Shown piece by piece: positions 25,301 to 37,212 of a stretch of 64,000 nt of DNA. The notes beneath the pieces were generated by a model. It searched no databases. It was not told the DNA's origin and saw only the letters and a list, made by a program, of their open reading frames with translations. A program made the translations under genes and the position numbers. Numbering within the stretch: the stretch's first letter is position 1; every line of letters begins with the position of its first letter. Origin of the DNA: Ptychomitrium polyphyllum (lineage: Eukaryota). The stretch covers positions 4,712,001 through 4,776,000 of the forward strand of contig OZ316776.1 of the NCBI GenBank assembly GCA_973851085.1, read 5' to 3'.

Positions 25301-27597
25301 CTTAAAAGAATCAGCTGAAATTGAATAGCAAACCTTCAGTGAAATCGACTAGGACACAGTTATCATCACGTCAACATAAGAGTGAAACGTGATTGAGTGA
25401 CGCACATCCTAACCTGAATTCCCACCCGTGGTTGAAGAACACACCAAAGACACAATGCCAACAAATTGCTGCAAATATGAAAAGACAAACAGCATTGCAT
25501 CATAAAACGTACTGGAAGGGTTTCCCAAATAGCTTCATCCGTCATGCTCTCCTCATCGCCCGGCATGAGGGCCCTGCACATCCTGCCCACGCCAGTAGTT
25601 GAACACCCCTGGTCCTTCTTTTCCGCATTTAAAAGTTTGTGATCCTCATGCTTGGACACATAACTACGGCAATTCTTTGACTCGATCAATACCCTTGACA
25701 GCAGGAACAAATACAAACTTACAACTGCCATTTTGATTTGCCACAAATTATTTGAAACTCGATTAGAAGTGGTTATGGTTCTCTCAATTCAAATATTTAG
25801 CCTCAGACAAGTTGTACCTAAAATTGTCAATAAGTACGATAGCTTGGAAGACGAGCAAAGGAAGGAAGACGATCTTCAAGCTCACAGCTGGCATACCAGA
25901 TCCTGTGCGTCCCAAAAATCCAAAATTCAGTCAATATTGACACTACTCTTTAATCGTACCAACTTCAGGTTGACGAAACACGGGCGAAGTATCAGGGATA
26001 CAACAATAGACACTCACAGTCGCCAGAAACTTTTGTTAGAGAATCTTCACATGCTTACAACCCACCCCTGCTGTCAGCAATTTGAGTGCATGGCAGATGT
26101 TCGTAGACTGTTGAAATAAGGACTACTACCAGAAGTCGTAATTACCTTCTTGAGTATCAAGGTAGCAGCAAAGCAGGAGCTCGAATGAAATGAGCAGCGG
26201 AACCGCAACGACTGTGTGGCATGGAGCCCACTGTACATCAACACCATAAAAAGGGTCAAACAGAAGATACTCTCCAAATATTCTCTGCCTAAATACCAGC
26301 TCAGCAGCAAACGCACTTGGCAAGCATAGGTCAAACTCTTCAGTGACGATGGTTACCTTATGCAGAATGATTATTCACTTGTTATGAGCTTGAATTATTG
26401 TCTAACCACATTCAAACTTGCTCTAACAATACATAATATCATCACCAGTGTACAAAACCCTAATAGTTCTCTTAACTGCTTTAAAGTTTTCAAAACCAAC
26501 GTCTCTTGAATCGTTTAAATGAGCTTAAAATGGCCCTGCAGACCAGTAACAGATTCAAAATCAACAGAAACAATTGGCTGTATGCAACATACGTGTCGAT
26601 CGTGCGGAGGTGTGGGAGCAGGTAAAGAAAACCGGCCTCGAGAAACAACACCATGAAATATCCAAAGTGGAACAAACACCGACCTGCCACGACAAGAACA
26701 GTTAGTCTCCCTTGCCTCTGATTAAAACCCGCACTATTTGTGGTCACGATCTAGATCAAGAACCAATTAAAATGATTTTCAGCCAGCTCCGACACAAAGG
26801 AGAGTGAAGAAGTTGGCAGCTCCAATAAACTCAGCCAAGAAAACAGAAAGCGTTGCATTTACAGATACAAAAAGGCAAGAAAAATATCTTTGGTATCTTG
26901 ACCTAAATTCACCCTAACACGTGAGCTAAAAACATCAATTTTTGAAAGTGACTTCGCAAGTTGTCCAATCCGACTCTGTCCAAATGATGCTTCCGAGACC
27001 ACAAATCTTTCTGAACAACTTAACAAACTCAAATGATGAAGTAGCTGAAGCCTACTGATGAGTGCTAACTATGCACAGTAACCCTAAGAGGAAACCAACT
27101 AGAAGCGATCCGAAATTCAAAATTCTCATTTCTGTCTATCCTAGCGCATACTGGTCTCTTCCACAAAGAATGCCCTAATTCTACGACCGATTCCGAAATC
27201 GACATAGACGACAACATCGACAACTCATCAGAAATTCCTCAAGAAAAGAGAAGACCTCTCAAAACGAGAATCACCATAACCTAGAAGCCATCACCTCTCC
27301 ACGAACAGCAACAACAAAGTGGATGGATCCCCCCCCCGCCTCTCACACATAAACTCCACAAACCCATCACAAGAAACTAGAGAAACAGGTTGGAGAAACG
27401 TCGATAGTCACATACCACCAAGAAACATAGAAATACGAAGTGACCTTGACAATAATGAGACACGTGAAGCACAGCAGGAAGCTATGCGCGCCCAGCGCCT
27501 GCAAATTCCCAGCAACTCTACTCCACGACATGGCGCTCCGCCGCGACAAGGAGCTACTCCTTGCAATCGCACCGTTGGCCAAGAAAACGCCCTCCAT
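22354..27597 (-). CDS. Transmembrane Fragile-X-F-associated (TMEM185-family) protein with C-terminal RING finger, ~498 aa
   Basis: 14 exons: 27597-27416, 26683-26593, 26230-26146, 25902-25818, 25582-25513, 25229-25160, 24971-24926, 24582-24309, 24009-23801, 23578-23504, 23236-23167, 22929-22849, 22729-22650, 22432-22354. They splice in frame to RGRFSLPAP..PHDRHWAP, MCRALMPGDEESMTDEAIWETLPHFW, GWWDLFINFGIAECFAFLVCTKW, and the RING CRVCFERDIAVVLIPCRHRILCSFCSEKCKHCPVCR, ending in PVYDV*. Confidence 0.93.
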
Positions 27598-29787
27598 CTC
27601 CCCTCCACCCTCACATCCTACTCCAAACTCCCAAACTCTCTATCCTCTCCATCTCCACCATCACTCTTCCAATTGCCACCATCACATCACAAGATCATCG
27701 CCTCCACCTCACGCCACGCCATACCACCGCTCCCTCACATGCACCGCCATCTGGACATCCCACAACGCTGAGTAAACTGCTTCACAACCCTTGTCATCCC
27801 TCAGGCTCACCATACCACAACACCACCCCACCTCACCTCAGTCCCTGCCTCTAAATTCCATTTTATCTCTAGTTTTATCTTTCAAAGATGGAATCTTTGG
27901 CTGTGAGTGTGCACGCAGCCAGCCAGCCACCGCCTCAGCAACGTGATGACCTCTTCAACTAGTGTAGTGTGAGATGAGATGGTTTCTTTTCTGTTGACAT
28001 GCTGCACACTGGTTGTGATGATCACTGTGCCATGATGCCTGCTGTGCACGTCACCCCGAAAATGGAAGTGGATATGAGAGATGGTGCTGCATTCCAGCAC
28101 GGGACGCATGGAGCGTCGAGAATCTCGGCCCCATTTCCAAGCACCCGAATTCCCAACTGGGCCTCTTTGCGAGTCTTTCCTGGCAAGCTAGGCTCCGTCC
28201 TTGAGGGCCATGGCGTCCCCACCTTGCTTCCATCTGGTAAGGGACCGCTTCTTTCTCTGCATTTCTTTTCGCCACACTGCATTTTCTACATTTCTATCTG
28301 TTCTATTCTCTGCGGTCCGCTTCTTTACCTGCTTCTCTTTCTTGCACGAGGTATTCTCGTTTGAAAGTTAACAGAAAGTAGCTGTCGCAGAGCTTGGAAT
28401 CTATACACAAGTACATTTACGTGCATTCAATCAATCAACAATATTGAGTGATACAATAAATAGAATGGAGGATGAAATATATAACCTTGATGATATGTAA
28501 ATTAAGGCTTTGCAATCAGGTGAGCTTTCTTTTCTTGAATCAAAACCGTACAAGCTGGAGAAATAACTCCACCATTGAAGCCTCGTTTATATACTTTTGC
28601 AAAGACCTTCTCTGATGGAGAGTCTTTTAAGATAAGAGATATGTTGTCTTTTTATCTTTACCATGAGAAGACAGATAGTCTTTATATCCTTCATATCCTT
28701 ACTAACATATCCTTACTAATGGATGACATGTTGTCTTCCTAATATGTGTTGCCGTCTTTTAGATGTTACCATCGAATAGCGGATGTGTTTTATTAGTACT
28801 TCTAACACTTCCACGTGGCTAATAGGCTTGCAAACGAATGTTATTGAAGATGGACAGTGTGGCTGTGTCAATTGCTAGTTGCTTTTCTTTTTCGCCATTT
28901 CTGTTCCCTTATCCTCGATTTCTTTTTCTGTGTTCCTTCATCATTATCTCATCAGTTTTGCTACTGGTTTTCTTTTCTATCTCAAATCTTTTCTTTTTGG
29001 TTCATCTCCTCCAGAACGAGCCACTGTACAGTCGGGCACCATAATCTCTTAAGCAATGCAGACGCTGAGTGGAAGTGATCGATGAAGTCGACGTGGCAGG
29101 TTCGGATTCGGGTAACAGTAGAGTCAGGCGAATGGGCCACACGACAAACCGCGGCCCCGCCCTTAAAAGGTGTCGGCTGAGCTTCCTTCCCGTAGTCCGG
29201 AGCACCCGCGAAGACTTGGTCGGTTCCGTGACACATCCGTCTCGTCCTCTGTTGAGCTTCTGGATTCTGTAACACATCATCGGTGCTCTGTACAGCAACG
29301 TCGTTGCTTGCTCTGAAAGGGATATCTCAGAACCTTAGAAGCTACAGTCGAACAAGTTGTACTACGAGATAAAATATGCTAAAATAGGCCGAAATATCAC
29401 GTCGTCCCTGTTTTCAGCATTCCCTGCAGCTAACTTCGTGCATTCTGACGAGTTTTCAATAGAGGATTCGGGAATATGTTTCATGAAAATAACTGATTGT
29501 ATGCCATTGCCAACTAAGCGTGGTATGGAATATCAACAGTGCTGGCACGTTCTATATGGGTGAGATCATTGATTTATCCCGGTTTTGATTCTAGAATGGT
29601 ATAAGTTGGGTGGGGCAGTGGTGACCTTCAATCAGTTGCCAGTCCTGCTACTCCACTCCTGTCGTCCATGCTTGTGTCATGACCAGCGTGTCGAGGATGC
29701 TGAAATCAATCTCCGTCCTTCCGTTGAGCTTTTGCGAGCATGGATTTCTCATGGAGATCAGTCATCGGCCCATGATTGATCTTACAA

Positions 29788-29835
29788 CATCTCTGCATCT
29801 CTGCATCTCTGCATCTCTGCAACTCTGCATCTCTG
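29788..29835. repeat. 8-bp tandem repeat (CATCTCTG) x6
   Basis: Six consecutive units, one of them the variant CAACTCTG, directly abutting the fold-back element. Confidence 0.85.
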
Positions 29836-29837
29836 CT

Positions 29838-30270
29838 GCACACACACCAAATTGTAACAACAAGATCCTTTCTTTTTTTTGCCATGTGGAATTAATGCTC
29901 AACATATCCCCATTGGGAGCACATTGGAAAAATCACATTAAATATGCACAAAACAAATTAGATTTGGACGTTGACTGACGATGCTAGATGGAGTTTGAGA
30001 AGGTCCCTTACAATTTTATGGAATTGAATAGAGCTAATCAGTTACCTGTAAATGAAATGCATGCATTTAACTCCATAAGTTGTAATAGACCTTCTCAAAT
30101 TCTATATAAGAATGATGCAAAAATGATGTAGTATTGTTATTTAATGTCCAAATTTAACTTGTTTTGTGCTCGTTTTATGTGATTTTTTTAATGTGCTTTT
30201 GATGAGGATATTTTTTAGCAGTAATTTTACATGAAAACAAATGCTTCCTTGTTACATTTTGACATATGTA
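29838..30270. repeat. Long imperfect inverted repeat (fold-back / MITE-like)
   Basis: 29838-29986 pairs with 30129-30270, and 29991-30029 pairs with 30065-30102. Example: TTAGATTTGGACGTTGACTGACGATGCTA against TAGTATTGTTATTTAATGTCCAAATTTAA. Confidence 0.8.
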
Positions 30271-30604
30271 TCTATAATATTCTTTAGCATGCACTATGAT
30301 CAATAATATTGTAAAGAGACTCTACTTTTTTTCTAAATTCTAAACTTTGCTGAACATTGTTTATGGTAGAGTATGTGAATTGAATGCTCATATGCCATAC
30401 TATAGTAGTAATGTAAGGTCATTTGTTAAAAGAAATTCATGTTAAAGATGATATAAATTGTGGTGAAACAACCTTCTAGTAGACAACACATATTGTACCT
30501 TCACTAAAATTTAAATCAAATATTACTCAAATCTAAATCAAATATTATTCAAATCTAAACATATCTTCATTTGAATTGTCTTATGTTTGTGGCTATATGT
30601 TCCT

Positions 30605-30700
30605 TATCATTATCATCATTATTATCATTATAATTATCATCATTATAATTATCATCATTACTATTATCATTTTATTTTATTTTATTTTATTTTATTTTTT
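30605..30700. repeat. Compound (ATC/ATT)n and (TTTTA)n microsatellite
   Basis: Directly visible low-complexity repeat. Confidence 0.8.
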
Positions 30701-31293
30701 ACACATAATAAAACATTCGTTAATAATTAAAATCAACCAATTTTAAGAGAGGAAAGGTCATAATCTTAACTTTCAAGGCAACTAAACATGGATAATATTA
30801 ATAAAATTCAACCTTTTTAATTGAATTATATCCAAAAAAAAGAAAAGATTTTAACACACTTTAAAATGTATTAATTAGAGACCACATTAAAAACTCATGA
30901 ATGTTCTCAATTGAAAATATTGAAATTATTTCCTTTTATAATTCCATGTGACTTCCAAAGTTGTTAAAGTATGTTAAGGAGATAACTTTGTCTTTTAGAA
31001 TTTAGAACTAATGGTAGAATATAAAATAGTAGATTGAGACGGTGATCAAGCATGAATGAAGACTTGTAAAATTTGATACTTTTCAAAATCAAGTTATAAC
31101 CTACTACTCCCATAGTCACATAGCATAGCATATCTGTCCCCAGCAATATTTATTCTGGTATATCTTATCTATAAAAGTAGTGGAATAGTTCTGAACAAAA
31201 GTGATGAACCTGCTATGTGAACAGGAGGCAAGTTGACAACATGTGACATAACCAATGCTTGATCTCTGAAGTGACTGGTCGATGAGCAGGTTG

Positions 31294-31488
31294 CTTTTAC
31301 TTTTTTTTTTAACTTTTTACCTTTTTACTTTTTCACCTTTTTATTATAAAACTTTCTTTCATGACAAGTTGGCCAAGCGTTTCCAGGTTATTTTTAAACC
31401 CATGGTGGGCTTGATTTTTTGAAACGAGGTGCAGAATCCGAGGCCTCAAACCCCATAATGACAGCCCACAACCACAAGGCTGCCTCTA
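31294..31488 (-). mobile_element. Candidate degenerate tRNA-derived SINE
   Basis: On the minus strand: an A-box-like GGCAGCCTTGTGGTT, a B-box-like GGATTCTGCACC, a short body, then AATAAA and an A-rich tail (T-rich on + at ~31295-31345). Imperfect flanking direct repeats GAGCAGGTTG and GAGCTGTTG. Confidence 0.4.
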
Positions 31489-34400
31489 GAGCTGTTGAGA
31501 GAATGCAAAAATTACTGCAAAATATGTGAACATGACTAAACCGTGTTTACGGAAGTGAAGAAGTTTCCAGAAAAAGCATTACTCCTCCCTATGAATTTCA
31601 ATATGGTATTTACAATCCTAGTAATATCCATACTACCAACTGTTGTGTACCTCACACGATGCTTCTTGCTTCAGATGAATTCACATATGTAAAGAGCACT
31701 TTCATAGACGGTCTATGAGAATTTACACTTAACATATCTTGCAATGAATTTTCTCATGAAATTAATTCTCACATACATAAATTAGCTTTATAAATTAGCT
31801 TTATAAAAGGAGTAAGTTTAAATAAAAAGTATGATATATTCTCAAAGCTTGAATTTTTAGAATCGAATTTCTTTACGGGAAAAAACTACTATTCATTAAA
31901 TTCTAAGCATTCTGAAACAGTATCATTATCATATTTCAGATCTTTTACTTATAATAGAAATTGCCAAAAACTTGTTCAAATTGTATTTTATGAACCAAAT
32001 ATTATGTATTGTTTTATACTATGACAATGTTTACACATGTTGTCGGCTCATGGCAAGTTTTTCACTTTCTTAACAAATATTTGGGTACTTTTAAGAATAG
32101 AGTTTGCCAATATACATAACTTTGAAATCTTTTTTTTTTTGTTGCAAAATAGATTTGGAAGTTTTCTTTTAAAATAAAATTCATTGATTTTCTAATCAGT
32201 TAATGAAGTCCATGTTATGTGACTACAACAATGTTCCAATTTTATTAGTTATTTAGTGAAGTTTACATTACCACTGTTAAAAATCTCCTTTTCATACATG
32301 AAACCATTGTACTGTTATATAAGAACATGTATACTATAATTTCCAAAATTAAATCAATGTTAAAAAGAACCTCATTATAAAACATTACATAATAAACTCT
32401 AAGAAGGTAGGCACGAGAATTGATGCATGGAATGCATACCACAATCTTAAAATAATCTTTAAGAAAATAAGAACTGTTATTTGGAAGCTAATATTTCTTA
32501 TAATTAATCTACCTCATTGACTCCAATTTGGAATCTAATTTGAAGATCATTAAAACAATATGTAAATGTTTTTGCTTGATCTACAATTAAATACTTCAAA
32601 CTTTCTTGAAAAATTATTGTGCTTCAGATAAATACAAAAAACATTATTTTTAGTGGTATCCAAATATTCTTGATGGAATCATAACCATATAAGTTTTTTA
32701 GTGCCATAAATAATTGTTGTATTACAATTTGAATTGCTATTGCATTTAACTTGCAAAATTTTAGAGACGTATGTCCTAGTGTATAATTATCAAAAAAATG
32801 GCATATGAATATGTAGCAATTATAATATTTTTTATAATAACTTTTAAACTATTCTTTTAATAACTTGAATTTTGAGGTCATGATGCAACTTCATAACTAA
32901 TTCTACTAAATACATTCATCTAATATTTATGAAGTTCATTTTTATTGTAATAAAAAATATTTTAAAAAAAATATTATTTATTATTTGTAGTCTATGATTT
33001 TATAGCCTAATCAATGTACAAAGCATCTAATCCATTCAAATTAAACTAATAATTTTTCTAAAATGATTCAAACCACATAGGTCAATTCAATTGTTGCACC
33101 TTTCATATTAAAATCTTGAAAGAAATTTGTTACAAGAAGTGGTATAAATGCAACCTATTTGGGCTATTTAGTGTAGCCTAATTTTTTCTATATTTTTATA
33201 GTATTTTCATAACATTCTTTAGCAAGCTTATTATTTGGCTTAGAATAAAAGGTTTGAAGCATCAAATTTTTATATTTGAGCATTTATAACTTTTATTACC
33301 TATTCATATTCTATCAAATAATACTTGTTAAAATTATAATGGAATTTTTTTGCTTATAAATACAATTCTATATAAGTAATAATTTACAAATATATCAATA
33401 TCTTAAAGTTACTATTATGAATATTGCTACCATGAAAATTATCCACCTTGATTATTAATAAATGTTGTGTTTTAAAGTATAAATACAATAAACCATTATC
33501 TATTCTATAATCAATATACAAACTATCCATGGTATGGAGAAGTATATGTCTATAAGTAGTTTTTGGAAGTTTACTCTCATTTAGTCTACTTCATCTATTT
33601 TTTCTATTTGTGTTAAGTGGACTATGAAAATTTGTAATAATTCATTATTTGGAAAAAATCAAGAAAAATTTATATTCTTGATGATTTAATTTTTTTTGAA
33701 TATCAAAATATGTCTTTTTGTTTAAACCACTATTATACATAGTTTAGAATGCTTTAATTCTAATATAACAAATAACCAATTTATATCAATCTTTTGAATT
33801 ACAATTTTTACCTAAATTATTTTAATTGTTTCCTTGAATTTTATTTTTTGGTAAACTATCAATATTCAATAAAGTTTATAAATACAAATTTTGGAGTTTA
33901 TTGGAAGTTGACAAACTTTAGTTCATTTATAAACCCATGAATATTTTTAATTCTATTGTGTTTTTTTTTTTTTTTTCTTGAAAAATCTCAATTAAAAATT
34001 TGTATTGTTTTATTCAAAAAATTCTTATTTTAGGATTGTGTTTTATTATCTAAATCTAAAGCCAAACAAAAAAAATAAAAAATGTACTTTTTACTAATTC
34101 ATTTTGAAGTCATATTAAAAATTGGTAGATGAATCATTTGTAATAAAAATGAACACTTTTTTAAGTTTAAGGATTAGTATAATATATTGTGGTATTTTTA
34201 CCTCACTAAGATAGAGTTTTGTTTTGCATGCTATATTAAAATTTATGCACATCATAGATATTTGTAAAGTCATCACTATTGCTTCTAATAGTGGGTGAAT
34301 GACTTGAGATACAACCATTGAAATGTGTATGCAAGTTAAGTGGCTAAGACTTTATAGCATTGAAATATGTTATCTAATCATAAACTCAAATGAAATGAAA

Positions 34401-36201
34401 AAGGGAGTGAAATCAATAGTAAGATTATGGTTGAAAAATAGCATAGAGGAGTTTGAAACCAATAACACCCCAAAACCAACATAAACAATAACTTAAAGTA
34501 TTTATGGGAATTTAATATTAGCCCATGATCTTCTTGTTTTTGATTGACTTGTTACTTTGAAATTTATAGTGACATCAGTACCAATAATAACATTCTTCAT
34601 AATTTCAAAATTTCTATCATATAAAAACATCAATTTGCTTATTCTACCACATGCACACATGCCAAAAAGTTATCAGTTTCAGGTTGCTCCACATTATTCC
34701 TATTTCCTCCAGATTTTCAGCTTTCTGCACAAGTGATTTTGTATGCAATGCAAGAGACATAGAGATTCCAGGCATTCAGATGAGGCCTGCCTGGCTAAGG
34801 AGTCTACTTCATGGAGAACTTATTCAGTGGGGTCCAGAATTCTCTACAACATTTCCAGTACAACCATCATGGTGCAGTACAGATCTGTTGGATGCGTTCA
34901 TATTTGAAAAGAACCAAGGAAGCTTATTGCTGTATTTCAATGCATTCATGTGAAATGAGGATGGACTGCTTATTCTTGTTGTAAATACTTTAAAATACAA
35001 TTACGTGCTTTTGTTGTGGGTAACCACATTGGGTCCCATTGAGCTTCAACTTTAACAATCCATAACATGGTATATAAATTTGTAGAAGTTCTTTCTCTGT
35101 GGGTTCTGTTACACTTGGTCAATTCCACGTAATCAGCCTCAGGTTGGGTTTACTCTAACCTTCTTTGATGCAGTTTCACTTGATTGCACAAAAAGCATAA
35201 TATTGCAACCAAGGCACAAACTATTATCACAGTAGTTCATGTTGCTGCAGCTACAGTGTGTCTGAAACTGAGAGATGAAACCATGTCAGCCACAAAGAGT
35301 TTGAGGAGTAGTGCATAAAAAATTCTCTTTTGTGTCATTTTAACATGATATATGATATTCATATGAATGTGTGTCATAACTCATGTTACTTCACATTAGT
35401 CTGATGTTGTTTTGACTTTCATGATAAATTATCTATCAATACTTCACACAACACACACTTTGTGATATCATTCATCATATACATGTCATGATATGAGCCA
35501 CACATATAATAACAAATTATTAGAGTATCATGTCACCTCCACCCTGTTACACCCACTTAACCCTCACCTATAACCCTCACTCATTGTATTAACTGACTAG
35601 TGTTACTTTTTAGGCATAAATGAATCCTTTGTTGCCCAGGTTTACCTATTGGAAAACATAAATTTTTTTGCTTTCCTTTTCTGAATAGAAATATCTGTTT
35701 CATACAGTTCTACGTTTGAAATTGAACCATACATGTAAATGCAGTTTTGGGACGAAAAGCCTATTAAAAGAATATTTCAATCCAACTACGGTAAATCGAG
35801 ATTACAACTTGTATTTGAACAAGTTCTCTGAAACAATTGCGCTGCTTCCTTTGAAATGGCTTCTGCTTCTGGTGTTCCACTGATTTAAATATATTTTTCT
35901 TTCAAGTAGTCTACTTGGACGTTAATATAGACGTCTGACTCCATCAGAGCGTATGTCACTCTTTTGCATACAAACAGTTTTTCTTATGCTATTCAGCCCT
36001 AAAACTGAACGTGAAATTTGTACGGTACTCAGGCATAATTTATACAAGGTCTTCGCTCCATGACTTTGAAGTCTTGCAGAATTAGAGACAACCATTAACA
36101 GAGTTTCTAAACACCATACGTCAGTATGCGTGCCAAAAAATTTGAACTTGGCAAAAAATAAACATAGAATTCCTGAAAATACGGTTCTGCTGTGATCTCT
36201 C

Positions 36202-36260
36202 TACACCATACAGTACACATTATACACCATACAATACATATTATACACCATACAATATAC
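36202..36260. repeat. 21-bp minisatellite, ~3 copies
   Basis: TACACCATACA(G/A)TACA(C/T)ATTA repeated in tandem. Confidence 0.75.
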
Positions 36261-37212
36261 TACTTTTCTTTCAACCTCCCATCTTTCTGCTCGTCAACCA
36301 ATCAGATTCTGGGGATGACTTCGTTACGGCATTGGGAGCTCCCGTGTATTTAATACACACTTCAACACACAGCTCACGTAAGCTGTGTGTTGAAGTGGTC
36401 GAAATCATTTTCTCCTCCCGCATCAGACGTGTATCCTCATTCTCTAAATCCGTTCTTCAGACATCAAAACCTGAATCTAAGTGGATTTATAGCAAGTCAC
36501 GTTCTACAAAATAAAGGTGATCACTTTGTAGTCACATGGGCACTAAATGGTCAAGGTACTAAGTTGTTGCAAAAGCAAGCAGTAGAAAAGTACTTTTTGC
36601 AGAATGCGAAGTATTTGCCCTCTTCTTATGGCTCACACTACGGTTTTTTTGAGCTTAAAGTTGCTCATTACCTTCTAGATCTAAGAGGCTGTCGACAAAT
36701 TCAGTTGCTCTTGATCTGGAAATTCAAAGGAAGAGAGCAGGATAAGGTATATTAAACCTGTGCGTGACTGATGAAAGTTTATCGATGTTTCCATCATGAA
36801 CTTTATTCTACTACACTCCGCAGATTTGGATGCAAAGACGAATAATTGGTGGTTTTTCCCTGAAGAGAACAAGAACCTTCTGTAGCTCCAGAAGATAATG
36901 AGTCCTTTTCCTCAAATTAATCAAACAAGCAAAGCACAAAATTGAGGTGAAGTAGAGCACCGAAACACATCGACTTTCCCCTAGGTATCAGACTTCCTCA
37001 AAATACATCTTAATTCTTTGTTTCAGCACAGAAACGCCAAAACGAAATGAATAGAAAGAAGTTGCAGGCCTTCACACGGATCCCGTAGAACTGGACATGT
37101 GAATAATCATCTGAGTTACTCTCATTCGAAATAGCCCATACCCCTCTTCGATCAGGCAACAACAATACTTAAGCTGATATTGAAATAAAATCAAACCATC
37201 CGGGCTAAGTCC

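Noticed and set aside
26610..26640. Apparent frameshift in exon 2 of the TMEM185-RING gene
   Set aside because: Recounting the A-run (GAAAACC) gives CGG TTT TCT TTA CCT = RFSLP in frame, so the gene is intact.
27319..28364. Several overlapping 70-150 aa ORFs around the TMEM185-RING 5' end
   Set aside because: They are antisense or low-complexity products of a GC-rich first exon and promoter, with no protein motifs.
29027..29292. Possible TA-flanked Tc1/mariner-type MITE (TACAGTCGGGCACC ... GGTGCTCTGTA)
   Set aside because: The terminal match needs gaps within ~15 bp and is too weak to call without copy-number data.
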